The notes beneath the pieces are model-generated. The model was not told the origin of the DNA, ran no database searches, and saw only the letters and a list, made by a program, of their open reading frames with translations. DNA of 64,000 nucleotides from Pristiophorus japonicus (Eukaryota): assembly GCF_044704955.1 (NCBI RefSeq), contig NC_091989.1, positions 173,972,001 through 174,036,000 on the forward strand, given 5' to 3'. The position numbers and the translations under genes are program-made. Positions 36,682 through 49,221 of this stretch are shown one piece after another (the first letter of the stretch is position 1; each line of letters starts with the position of its first letter).

Positions 36682-37274
36682 CCATGTACAGCAGACGCCT
36701 CAAGTCGCTGGGGAAACGACACCAACGATGTCTCCGCAAGATCCTGCAAATCCCCTGGGAGAACAGACGCACCAACGTTAGCGTCCTCGACCAGGCTAAC
36801 ATTCTCAGCATTGAAGCACTGACCACACTCGATCAGCTCCACTGGGCAGGCCACGTAGTCCGCATGCCAGACACGAGACTCCCAAAGCAAGCGTTATACT
36901 CGGAACTCCTTCACGGAAAATCAGCCAAAGGTCGGCGGCGGAAATGTTTTAAGGACACCCTCAAAGCCTCCTTGATAAAGTGCAACATCCCCACTGACAC
37001 CTGGGAGTCCCTGGCCAAAGACTGCCCTAAGTGGAAGAAGTGCATCTGGGAGGGTGCTGAGCATCTCAAGTCTCGTCGCCGAGAGCATGCAGAAACCAAG
37101 CGCAGGCAGCGGAAAGAGCATGCAGCAAACCAGTCCCAACCAACCTTTCCCTCAATGACTGCCTGTCCCACCTGAGACAGGGACTATGGCTCTCGTATTG
37201 GACTGTACAGTCACCTAAGAACTCATTTTTAGAGGGAAAGCAAGTCTTGCTTCCGAGGGACTGCCTATGATGAT
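36682..37274 (+). mobile_element. RTE LINE 3' fragment
   Basis: ORF 36684-37175 WAGHVVRMPDTRLPKQALYSEL; GACTGCCTATGATGAT tail. Confidence 0.85.
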
Positions 37275-38370
37275 ATGATGATTAAGGTACTCCCACAGTG
37301 CTGTCAGGGAGGGAGTTCCAGGATTTTGACCCAGCAACGATGAAGGAACGGCCGATATATTTCCAAGTCGGGATGGTTTGTAACTTGGAGGGGAACTTGG
37401 AGGTGATGGTGTTCCCATGCACCTGCTGCTCTTGTCCTTCTGGGTAGTAAAGGTCGTGGGTTTTGGAGGTGCTGTCGAAGAAGCCTTGGCGAGTTGCTAC
37501 AGTGCACCTTGTAGGCTTACATCAAGTGTCAAGGTCGCGATGTGTTTGATTCTTTTTTCCCCTCTCCGAGCAGCCATTTCTTCTTCCTTTTTGGCTCCTT
37601 CTCCTCCATCGTGTGACATTGGCACTGAAGGTGCCGTCGTTCATTTCCACTCGCTCGGCTGTCCTCTGCCATCTCACTCTGGCGAAGAAGCCTAAAAGTG
37701 CGCAGGTAGTGACATTGGCCAGTCGGTAGGTAACGTTGACGGCGGCCCAAAGACCCCACAGTTTACAGAAGACCTTTTTCGCAGGCTGCCATCGATGAAA
37801 GAAAAATGTTTTTTAATCAACAGAAAATAAAGCAATTAACTGAGACTGGTTACCTCATGCAAGTCTTTCTATTTGAATTTAAAACATTTTTAAAATCTCA
37901 TAATACTCCTACGAAACGTCTTGGGATGTTAAAAGCCCTATAGAAATACAAGTTGTTGTTGTTGTTGAAAATCTAATAAGCTTGAAGTAAAGTCTCCATT
38001 GATTATTTGTTAAAGAGCAAATGTAATCCTATATATAAATAAATAGTAAAAATTCTATTTATATAGTGCTTTTAACGTAGTAAAACATCCCAAGGCGTTT
38101 TACAGGAGTGTTATCAAACAAAATTTGACATTGAGCCACATAAGGAGGGGTCTTAGTACCTCCCTCCTTCTGTGGCTCGGGGTCCTATTTTGTTTTGATT
38201 CGCTACTGTGAAGTATCTTCGAGCGTTTTACTACATTAAAGGCCGTTAAATGTTTTACCTCATTAAAGACGCTACAAAAAACTCTAAATGCTGGTAATGT
38301 ACGACCAGTGGATCACTATCTGATAAGGAAGATAGGCTTAATATAGGATCACATAAAATTGTTTCTTTCG

Positions 38371-38825
38371 TAAAGAAAGACTTGCATTTACATAGTGCCT
38401 TTCACGACCACTGGACGTCTCAAAGTGTTTACAGCCAATGAAGTACTTTTGGAGTTTAGTCACTGTTGTAATGTGAGAAAAGCAGCAGCCAATTTGCACA
38501 CAGCAAGCTCCCACAAACAACAATGTGATAATGACCAGATAATCTGTTTTTTTTTAGTGATGTTGATTGAGGGATAAATATTGACCAGGACACCGGGGAT
38601 AACGCCCCTGCTCTTCTTCGAAATAGTGCCGTGGGATCTTTTATGTCCATCTAAGAGAGCAGATGGGGCCTTGGTTTAACATCTCATCCAAAAGATGGCA
38701 CCTCCTACAGTGCAGCACTGGAGTGACAGCCTTGATTTTTGTGCTCAAGTTCCTGGAGTGGGACTTGAACCCACAACCTTCTGACTCAGAGGTGAGAGTG
38801 CTACCCACTGAGCCGCAGCTGACAC
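38371..38825 (-). mobile_element. Full-length SacSINE1-like SINE
   Basis: A/B-box head, Deu core and tail; further copies near 3945, 7864, 35700, 39080, 44120 and 55800. Confidence 0.85.
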
Positions 38826-39654
38826 TTAGATGCTGATTTTTAGTACGCTTTACTACGTTAAAGGCACTATATAAATGCAAGTTGCTGTTGATTGAACTAC
38901 AGTGCATTTACAGCATTTACTTTTATATTTTTGGAGTTCCAGCGTTGACTGTTTTTCTTTTTATCTCTGGTGAAAAGAACCCTATTTTAATTGCAGTGAC
39001 AAAGAGTTATGCTTACACAACATATCTTAAATTTCTAGCTGTAGGACTTAGTGGCAGAGAAAGCATTTTCAGGAAAAAAAAAGGAAACAAATTTGTACGG
39101 CCAATTTGTGCACAAGCAAGCTCGCAATATAACGACCAGATAAGCTGTTTTTTGTTATGCTGATAGAGGGATAAATATTGGCCAGGACACCAGGGATAAC
39201 TCCCCTGTTCTTCTTCAAAATAGTGCCATGGGATCTTTTACATCCACTTCAGAGGGCCTCGGTTTAACGTCTCATCCAAAAGACAGCACCTCCGACAGTG
39301 CAGCGTTTCCTCGGAACTGTAGTATCAGCTAGATTTTTGTGTGCTCAAGTCCTTGGAGTGGGACCTGAACCCATAGCCTTCCCCCACGTCAGAGGTGAGA
39401 GTGCCACCCACTGAGCCACAGCTGATACTGTATGATAAAGCAGAATAATAACATTTAAATGTACCTGAGAAAAGGTCTTGCAAATGCAGAAAATCTAAAA
39501 TAGAACTGGCAACACGTTGTAGGTCAGTCAGCATCTGAAAGATTGGTGCTACAGAAAGGTCTCACTCATCATCAGAAATCAGAGAAAGGCAGACCTGAAA
39601 AGTTTATTTTTCTATCATTTACAGATGCAAATTAACCTGTTAGACATTTTAATA

Positions 39655-41975
39655 ACAACTTGTAATTATAAATTGCCTTTAATGCAGTAAATCGTCCCAA
39701 CCCACTTCACAGGAGTGGTTATTAAACAAAATTTGGCACCCAGCCACATAAGGAGATATTTGGGCAGATGACCAAAAGCTTGGATAAAGAGGTAGATTTT
39801 AAGGGGCAACTTAAAGGAGCAAGGAGAGGTAGAGAGGCGGAGAGGTTTAGGCAGGAAATTCCAGAGTCGAAGGCTTTGGCAGCTGAAGGCACAGCCACCA
39901 ATGGTGGAGCGATTATAATCAGGGATGCTCAGGAGGGCAGATTTAGAGGAGTGCAGATATCTCAGATGGTTGTGGAGCTGGAGGAGATTACAGAGTTAGG
40001 GAGGGGCAAGACCCATGGAGGGATTTGAAAACAAGGATGAGAATTTTTAAATCGAGGCGTTGCTTAACCGGAGCCAATATAGGTCAGCGGCATAGGGGTG
40101 ATGGGTGAGCGGGACTTGGGGCGAGTTAGGACGTGGGCTGCCGAGTTTTGGATCACCTCTATTTTACGTAGGGTAGAATGTGGGAGGCCAGCCAGGGTGC
40201 ATTGGAATAGTTAAGTCTAGAGGTAATCAAGGCATGGATGAGGGCTTCAGCAGCAGATGAGCTGAGGCAAGCGCGGAGACGGGCGATATAAAGGTGGAAA
40301 TAGGCGGTCTTAGTTTTGCTGCGAATTTGTGGTCGAAAGCTCATCTCAAGGTCAAATATGACACCAAGATTGTGAACAGTCTGGTTCAGCCTCAGACAGA
40401 AGTTGGGGAGAGGGTTGGAGTCAGTGGCTAGGGAGCAGAGTTTGTGGCGGGGACCGAAAACAATGGCTTCGGTTTTCCCAATATTCAATTGGAGAAAATT
40501 TCTGCTCATCCAGAACTGGATGTCGGAGAAGCAGTCTGACAATTTAGAGACCGTGTTGAGAGAAGTGGTAGTGAGGTAGAGCTGGGTGTCATCAGTGTAC
40601 ATGTGGAAACTGACGCTGTGTTTCTGGATGATGTCGCCAAAGGTCAACATGTAGATGAGAAATAGAAGGGAGCCAAGGATAGATCCTTGGGGGACACCAG
40701 AGGTAACGATGCGGGGGCAGGAAGAGAAGCCGTTGCAGGTGATTCTCTGGCTACAATTAGATCGATAAGAATGGAACCAGGCGAATGCAGTCCCACCCAG
40801 CTGGACGACGGTGGAGAGGCGTGGGAGAAGGATAGAGTGGTCAACCCTGTCAAAGGTTGCAGACAAGTCAAGAAGGACAAAGAGGGATAGTTTGCCTTTT
40901 TCACAGTCACAAAGGATTTCATTTGTGACTTTGATGAGAGCCGTTTCGGTATTGTGGCGTGCACGGAAACCGGATTGGAGGGATTCAAACATGGAATTGC
41001 GGGAAAGATGGGCACGGATTTGGGAGGTGACAACACATTCAAGGACTTTGACGAGGAAAGGGAGGTTGGAGATGGGGCGGTAGTTTGCAAGGATGGAGGG
41101 ATCACGGGTTGTTTTTTTGAGGAGAGGGATGATGACGGCAGATTTGAGGGAGAGAGGGACAGCACCTGAGGAGAGCAAACCGCTATCAATGTCAGCTAGC
41201 ATGGGAGCCAGAAAAGGAAGTTTGGTGGTCAGCAGTTTGGTGAGAATAGGGAATAGGCAAAGGAGCGGCAAGAGACTGTAGAGGGACGTGATCGGGGCCC
41301 AGGAGAGGCGTGAGTTTGGGGGCAGCACGGGCCAGCCCACACTGCGATATGTGTGCACACTAGGTCTGTGCAGCAGAGCAGGTCTCCAGTTGTCTTGGGT
41401 AATCCTTGCCACTGGACCAAGACCTTGCTCTGTCAAGCCCGTGTGGTGGTTGGTGTGCAACGGCCATCACACATTAAAAAAGTCCACGCACAGGCATCTT
41501 CCACCCTTCAGGATGTAGTTCAGGACCTGGAATATTAGGTCCTTCATTGAAACACCTGTGAACTCATCCTTTTTTGGTGTGGAAGTAAGTAAGTCACCCG
41601 CATGTCGAGGGACTGCCTACGATGATGATGGGAATAGGGTCATGGGGGAAGCAGGAAGTCTCATGGACAGGATGAGCTCAGAAAGGTCATGAGGAGAGAT
41701 TGGAGAGAAACTGGAGAAAGAAGATGTAAGGTCAGGGCTAGGGCAGGGAGCTTCCTTCGAGGAAGTTTGGCCCAGGAAGGGAAGAGGCAGAGGCGGCCAA
41801 ACGGATGGTCTCAATCTTAGAGACAAAGAAGTCCATGAGCTCCTCACACTTTTTGTCGGAGGTGAGGGTGGAGGAGACTGGGGTGAGGGCTTTAAAAAGA
41901 TGGTTAGCAGTGGAGAATAGAAGCCGGGCTTTATCTTTACATTCTAGAATGATTCTGGAAAAGTGAGCAATACAG
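39655..41975 (-). mobile_element. L2-clade LINE (RT to 3' end)
   Basis: ORF 40159-41460: NYRPISNLPFL, QSGFR, LLDLSATFD, GVPQGSILG, YTDDTQLY; (GTT)n-type tail. Confidence 0.9.
41258..41629 (+). mobile_element. RTE-tailed non-autonomous element inserted in L2
   Basis: 9-bp TSD GGGAATAGG (41249-41257 and 41630-41638); (GAT)3 tail. Confidence 0.8.
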
Positions 41976-42429
41976 GAAACAAAATGATCATTTGAGAAGT
42001 TTTTCAGTAGTTTTATTATAATTTGCAACTGATTGTTTGTGCCCCTTTGTGCTTCAAGTGATTAAGCTCTGGAATTCCTTCCCTCAATCTCTCCGCCTCG
42101 CTATCTCTCTTTCCTCCTTTAAGATGCTCCTCTTTGATCAAGCCTTTGGTCATCTGCCCTAATTATGTGGCTCGGTGTCAAATTTTGTTTGATAACACTC
42201 CTGGGACATTTTACTACGTTAAAGGTGCTATATAAACACAAGTTGTTGTTGTAAGTGTTTCTGATTGAGGATTTAATAAGAACGTAAGAAATAGGAGCAG
42301 GAGTAGGCCCCTCAAGCCTCCTGCGCCATTCAATAAGATCATGGCTGGTTGATCATCCTAAGTGAACGCTTTTTCATTGATGTGCCTGCCCCTTTAAATC
42401 CCCAATGCTTGCCCATTGAATGCTCTAGC

Positions 42430-42649
42430 AAGGCACATGACGTCATTCCCACCAGCTCCCGCCTCCCCTCTTGGCTGATTGGTGCTTTGAGGGTGCACCC
42501 GCCCCTTTCTTGCTCACCTATTGGAGGCTGTCATTTGACAGACAATGGAAAGCCATTACCTGAATGGCCCATCCGCTTGTCGATCATAAGCAAAATGTTA
42601 CTTCCGGCCCTGAATTACACAAGGTTCTGAGAGCAGCTGGAGACAGAAG
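42430..42649 (+). promoter_or_regulatory. CMC2 promoter and non-coding exon 1
   Basis: CRE TGACGTCA (~42438); CCAAT boxes (GATTGG, TATTGG); GC boxes; ETS ACTTCCGG (~42600); donor AAG|GTGAGT at 42649/42650. Confidence 0.65.
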
Positions 42650-43184
42650 GTGAGTTATTGGAGAGGCAATGGACTAAACCCTGGGATTTAGAAGTAAATT
42701 TATCGTAAAATGCCAAGAGTTATTAATAAAATGCAAATGTTGAAGCAATACACCTGGAATTATAGGTGTAAATGTATAAATTAATGTCTTCCCCCTTGTG
42801 TGACCCTGAGCTCCTGTTCAGTGCCTCAGGAGACTTTATGCAGTTGTTAACTTTTTATTTATCTCCTTGCTACTCAAGGGTTATTGCTGGTGCATCATAT
42901 CTGTCACATTTGCCTATGTAACAACAATCACTACCTTTACTCAGTGGTAGCACTCTTCACCTCTTGTCTCAGAAGGTTGTGTGTTTAAGTCTCAAACACA
43001 TTCAAATTCGACACTGGAGTATGTATTGGGTAGAGTATCTGCTTTAGGCGCAGTCGTGAAACTGGGTGCAAATTGTACTGGTTTTACAAAGTGAAGTTAT
43101 GGTTCAAGTTTCTGACCAAGCTCATCTTTGATTAATCACAAATGTAAAATCTTCTATGAACCGGCGCAATCGGTCAATATTTCC

Positions 43185-43832
43185 ACCTCCGTAACATTGC
43201 CCGTCTCTGCCCCTGCCTCAGCTCATCTGCTGCTGAAACCCTCATTCATGCCTTTGTTACCTCCTAGACTTGACTATTCCAACACACGCCTGGTTGGCCT
43301 CCCACATTCTACCCTACATAAACTTGAGATCATCCAAAACTCTGCTGCCCATGTCCTAACTCCCACCAAGTCCTGCTCGCCCATCACCCCTGTGCTTGCA
43401 GTGGCCCCCAGTTAAGCAACGCCTCGATTTCAAAATTCTCATCCTTGTTTACAAATCTTTCCATGGCTTCACCCCTCCTTCTCTGTAATCTCCTCTAGTC
43501 CCACAACCCCCCCGCCCCCCCGAGATTTCTGCGCTCCTCTGATTCTGTCCTCCTTGAGCATCCCTGATTATAATCGCTCAACCATCAGTGGCCGTGCCTC
43601 CTGTTGCCTCAGCCCCAAGCTCTGAAATTCCCTGCTTAAACCTCTCCGCCTCTCTACCCCCCCCTTGCCTCCATTAAGACGCTGTTTAAAACCTACCTCT
43701 TTTCTGCCCTAATTATTTCTTATGTGGCTCGGTGTTAAATTTATTTGTTTTGTCTTAAAAAAACTCCTGCGACGCGCCTTGGGACGTTTTACTACGTTAA
43801 AGGTGCTACATAAATACAAGTTGTTGTTGTCA
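43185..43832 (+). mobile_element. L2 LINE 3' fragment
   Basis: RLDYSN..IQNSAA..ITPVL; tail TTTTACTACGTTAAAGGTGCTA...GTTGTTGTTG; similar minus-strand pieces at ~53993-54650 and ~56720-57072. Confidence 0.8.
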
Positions 43833-44933
43833 ATGTAATTTTTTTTGTGCATTAAATAATATTCCTTGAGGTAATTGAGAGCGGTAACCTGGTGCAGTTT
43901 TATTAATCCAGCTGAAAATGGATTTATCAGAAAAATAAGTATTTTTAATAAGAGTGTCGAGTCCACCACTTAAAAATGATTTTTTTAAACCACCGTTAAA
44001 GATCACGGAAACTCGATTTACACCTGCGTTTAAAATTCCACGATCTTTTGCAATGGTTTGGCCGATTTCACGTATTTTGCGCTGATAATACTAGTGGAAA
44101 CTCTACCTCGTAATCAAGGCCGAGGGAGTGCTGCACTGTCGGAGGTACCGTTTTTCAGATGCGAATGTGAAACGGAGGCCCCCCTCTGCTGTCTCGGGTG
44201 GATGCAAAAGATTCCACAATACTATTTCGAAGCAGAGCAGGGGAGTTACCCTCGGTGTCCTGGCCAATATTTATCCCTCAACCAGCACCTAAATCAGATT
44301 ATCTGGCCTTTATCACATTGCTGTTTGTGGGAGCTTGCAGTGCGCAAATTGGTTGCCGCATTTCCCACTTTACAACAGTGACTACACTTCAGAAGCACTT
44401 TCTAGGCTGTAAAGTGTTTTGGGATGTCCAGAGGTTGCTATATAAATGCAAGTTGTTCAGAAGTAATGAATCCTGTGAAACTTTGAGCTGTATAAATGAT
44501 CGTATTACTGGCAGATCTCCGGTGGCATTGCCCATGGTGAGTTGGAGGAATGTTCGATGCATGACGGGAAGAAAGCATGCACTGCATGTAAGAATTCTAA
44601 TGTATTATGTTATAATAAATATCCCAAATTGACCATCAAGAAAAGAGAAAGCGCTGTGAGTGGGATGATTTATTTTCTTTTAAAGGAGCAACTGAAGTTG
44701 AAGCAAAAGTCTGTTTGTCATTCTGTCATCTGTCATCAATCTGTCTTGTCTTAGTTGTGAGTGGAATTTGCTCATTGTGGTGTAAACTTGAGCAATTCTG
44801 CTGATATTCTGCTGATATGTAGCATGTGCTGATCTGTATCTAATAAACCTGACTTTCAGAGGCAAGTTTTTACCCCTGACATCAGCATTGAGGATCTGCT
44901 TGCAGATTAGCAAAGAATAAACGACAAGCGGAC

Positions 44934-45014
44934 ATGCACCCAGATCTGTCTCCACACTTGCATACAGAGGAGTGCAACATTGTCATTGAACGTCTCAAAC
45001 AGTGCCATAGAGAA
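44934..45014 (+). CDS. CMC2: COX assembly mitochondrial protein 2, first coding exon ([27 protein letters not shown])
   Basis: [14 protein letters not shown] identical to the human N-terminus; first CX9C; 81 nt; donor GTGAGT. Confidence 0.96.
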
Positions 45015-47965
45015 GTGAGTATGAATTAAAATGGTGCACTTACTTTCAGTTCTGATATGCTGTGTAGTATATTCTAATGAATTTCTGGGCACTGTTGCTG
45101 ATCCAATTTTGGGAAGGTTAATTCCAAATTTTGTACTGTTGTCTTTTTTCCTACTGGCGCACTGAGCCTTTCTCGTGATCACACAGATGCCCTGTGCTGT
45201 TGTCGTCATCATCATCATAGGCAGTCCCTTGGAATCAAGGAAGACTTGCTTCCACTCTTAATATGAGTCCTTAGGTGGCTGAACAGTCCAATGCGGGAAT
45301 TAGTCTGTCACAGGTGGGACAGACAGTCGTTGAGAGAAAGAGAGGGTGGGACTGGTTTGCCACGTGCTCTTCCCGCTGCCTGTGCTTGGTATCTGCATGC
45401 TCTCGGCGATGAGACTTGAGGTGCTCAGCGCCCTCCCGGATGCTCTTCCTCCACTTTGGCCAGTGCTGTTATATTCACAGTGTAACACTGGGATAATCTG
45501 GGGAAAGGCAACAGACATCTTTTGCTTTGCCGAATGTAGCACAGGTGACGATTCACGAAGTTGGTTCCTAGGGCAGGACTGTGTAACCGTGCGTAGAATC
45601 ATTAGAATGGTTACAGCATAGTAGGAGGCCATTTGGCCGATCGAGCCCGTGCAGCTCTCTGCAAGAGCACTTCAGCTGTTTTCCCCCCCTCACCCCCCTC
45701 TGCCTCTCCCCTGGCCCTTTCCTTGTAGCCCTGCAAATGATTTTCCTTCAGGTACTTATCCAGTTCCCTTTTTGAAAGTCACGATTGAATCCGTCTCTAC
45801 CACCCTTTCAGGCAGTGCATTCCAGATCCAAACATTCGCTGCGTTTATATTTAAAAAAAAAAAGTTTTTCCTCATGTCGCCTTTGGTTCTTCTGCCAATC
45901 TGTGTCCTCTGGTTCTCGACTCTTCCGCCAATGGGAGCAGTTTCTCCCTCCTCTCTCTGTGGACCCCTCACGATTTTGAACACTCTATCAAATCTCCTCT
46001 CAACCTTTTCTGCTTCAAGGAGAACAACCCCAGCTTTTCCTGTCTATCCATGTAACCGACGTGTCTCATTCCTGGAACCAATTTTGTAAATCTTTTCTGC
46101 ACTCTAGGAAGGCTGTGAAGGCCTTCAGTGCGTTGGCTAGATTTGGACACAATACTCCAGTTGAGGTCGGACCAGTGTTTTATAAAGGCTAGTTGTGCCA
46201 AACCCTGGAACGGTCTGATTTTGGTTGATGTCCATATTTTCTCTCGTACTCCATTTCTAATTGTGGGTGTGACATCAACAAACTGCAGTTTATCAAGGTG
46301 AATAGAGCAATGAGGATCAGAAGCGACAATGTGACGGCAATCTGATTCTAACACACTGCTGCTAATGCAACGTCCATTAGAGCCAATACTTGGACCTTGA
46401 TTGTTAAGACCGGGGATTCTTTATATTTTGAGTTTTACCCCCTTAATATTAATCATAAAATCATAGAAATTTACAGCACGGAAGGAGGCCATTTCAGCCC
46501 ATCGTGTCTGTGCTGGCCGACCGACTAAGAGCTATCCAGCCTAATCCCCACTTTCCAACTCTTGATCCGTAGCCCTGTAGGTTGCGGCACTTCAAGTGCA
46601 CATCCAGGTACGTTTTAAATGTGGTGAAGGTTTCTGCCTCTACCACCCTTTTCAGGCAGTGAGTTCCAGACCCCCACCACCCTGTGGGTGAAAACAACTT
46701 CCCCTCAAATCCACTCTAAACCTCGTACCAATTACTTTAAATCTATGCCCCTGGTTATTGACCCCTCTACTAAGGGAAATGAGTCCTCAATTCTATGCAC
46801 CTCAATAAGATGTCTGCGCTCCTCAAATTCTGGCCTCTTGAACATCCGTCTTATAACCGCTCAACCATTGATGGCTGTACCTTTAGTTGTTTGGGCCCTA
46901 AGCTCTGGAACTCCCTCCCTAAACCTCTGCGCCTCTCTACCTCTTTCCTCCTTAAAACCTACCTCTTTAAACAAGCTTTTGGTCAGCTACCTTAATTATT
47001 TCTTTTGTGGCTCAGTGTCAAATTTATCTGCTTTGTCTTGTAACACTGTTGTGAAGTGTCTTGGGACGTTTTACTACGTTAAAGGTGCTATATAAATAAA
47101 AGTTATTATAATAAGGTCTCCCCTCAGTGACCTCTGTTCCAAAGAAAACAACCCCAGCCTATCCAATCTTTCCTCCATAGCTAAAATTCTTCAGTCCAGG
47201 CAACATCCTCTTAAATCTCCTCTGTACCCTCTCTAGTGCATCCTTCCTGTAATGTGATGACCAGAACTGCACACACTACTCTAGCTGTGCCCTAACTAGT
47301 GTTGTTTACAGTTCAAGCATAACCTCCCTGGTCTTGTATTCTATACCTTGGCTAATAAAGGCAAGTATTCCATATGCCTTCTTAACCACTTTATCTACCT
47401 GGCCTGGAGTTTCAGTCTAGATTTTTGTGCTCCAGTCTCTAGAGTGGAACTTGAACCCACAACCTTCTGACCCAGAGACGAGAATGTTGCCTCCTGAGCC
47501 ACAGCTGACTGAGCATGAGTAGGCCAATCAGCCCCTTTGTTTATTTGAAATTCTCAAATGCATGAAACAAACCATATTGCTCCAGGCTGGTATGTTTTTT
47601 TTTGTTAAATTCACTCCCAGCTGACTGCCTTTGCTGCTTCTCATTATGAATTAATCTATTCTGTATCTTTCCTGAAAATGTAATGTTTAACAGCAAGGCT
47701 CTCAGTTATACAACTAAACAATGTAGGAACAAAAATAGAATAGGGTTTATACTGAAGCTTGAAATGCATGGGAACAAGAATTCAGGCCCTCGAGCCTGCT
47801 CCACTATTCTATTACATGATCTGCAGCTTGACTCCATTCACCTGCCTTGGCTCCATATCCCTCGATACCATTGGCTAACAAAAATCTATTGATCTCTGTC
47901 TTGAAAGCTCCAATTGACTTCCAGCACCCACAGCTTTTCGGAGGAGAGAGTCGCAGATTTTTCCT

Positions 47966-48178
47966 TGTTACGTATGTAAACATTGTAACTGTGTAAAATT
48001 TGCCACCAGAGGGTGCAACTGTTGGAGGCCCAAGAGTCACCTGCACACCTCGTGCAAGTGAGTAAAAAAGGTTGTCTGCCATGCTGTTTAGGCACTCTGG
48101 AGTTGTATTAAAGAGACTAAGGTCACATCAGTTTTAACTCACAGTATTCAGCCTTGTGGAGTTCTTCCATACTTAGCA
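47966..48178 (+). mobile_element. Solo LTR related to the 58448 element
   Basis: TG...CA ends; shares CCACCAGAGGGTGCAACTG, CACTCTGGAGTT and AAGGTCAC motifs; TSD imperfect. Confidence 0.65.
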
Positions 48179-48474
48179 CTTCTATTCTACTATGTGTGGA
48201 AAAAGTGCTTCCTCATTTCATTCATAACTGGCCGAGCTCAAGTTTAAAAGTTATGTCCTCTTGTTCTTGATTCCCACAGCAGAGGAAATAGTTTCTCTCT
48301 ATCTACCCTAGTGAATCCTTAAACACTTGGATCAGATCCCCCCCACCCCGCCTCCCCCAACATTCTGAACTTATTGGAAAATTCCCCCCCTAACCCCCAG
48401 CCCATCTTGCCAACCAACCATCTCTTGAAGTTGCCGTCCGTTCCCAGCTGATCTTTTTCTCCCTAACATCTATC

Positions 48475-48980
48475 CATCATAGGCAGTCTCTCGAAGTGAG
48501 GATGACTTGCTTCCACGCCAAAAAAGGATGAGTTCACAGGTGTTTCAATGAAGGACCTAATATTCCAGATCCCGAACTACATCATGAAGGGTGGAAGATG
48601 CCTGTGCGTGGATTTTTTTTAATGTGGAGTGGCCGTTGTTCACCAGCCACCACACGGGCTTGACAGAGCTAGATCTTGGTCCAGTGGCGAGGGTTAACCA
48701 AGACGACTTGGGAGCAGCGTGGAGGCCCGACCTGCGTGAGAACACCAGCGACAGGTCGGGGTCATAAAAGGAGCGGTGTGGGGGCATACTACTTCAGGGA
48801 GCAGGAGGGCGACGGCAGCGAAGAGTGATGTCATCAAGGTCCAGGTCAGTGATTGACGTGTGGGCAGATACAGCAGGAGGGGCGAAGGAGCGGCGAGAGA
48901 CTGCAGCGAGGCGTGAGTTCGGGGCCAGCCCACACTGCGATATGTGTGCACACTAGGTCCGTGCAGCAGAGCAAGTCTCC
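48475..48980 (-). mobile_element. RTE-tailed element with 5' inversion
   Basis: 48475-48708 is the 3' part on minus; 48709-48980 is the 5' part on plus; flanked by CCTAACATCTA / CCTAATATCTA. Confidence 0.75.
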
Positions 48981-49221
48981 TAATATCTACACTTTGAGTG
49001 ATGGAATGACCTAGGAACCACCAGGAGAGCTCGGATATCCACATCTAACCTTTGACTGCTGAGCTGCTTCCTCGCGACCAAATACATATCTTCAGCCTGA
49101 CACAAGGCATTAATATCTTGCACCAAGACTACCAATGTAAGCATGGCATTAAATCGGTATAATTTTTAGTACCTGGACCAGAACGTAGACACACAATATA
49201 ATTGATTTAATTGCTAATCCA

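Noticed and set aside
38750-38825. tRNA genes (A/B-box sequences here and near 19270 and 28330)
   Set aside because: They are heads of SINEs, continuous with the Deu core
40159-41460. 433-aa ORF as an intact RT gene
   Set aside because: The N-terminus runs through an unrelated inserted element; the catalytic motif reads YTDD and the flanking ORF is broken
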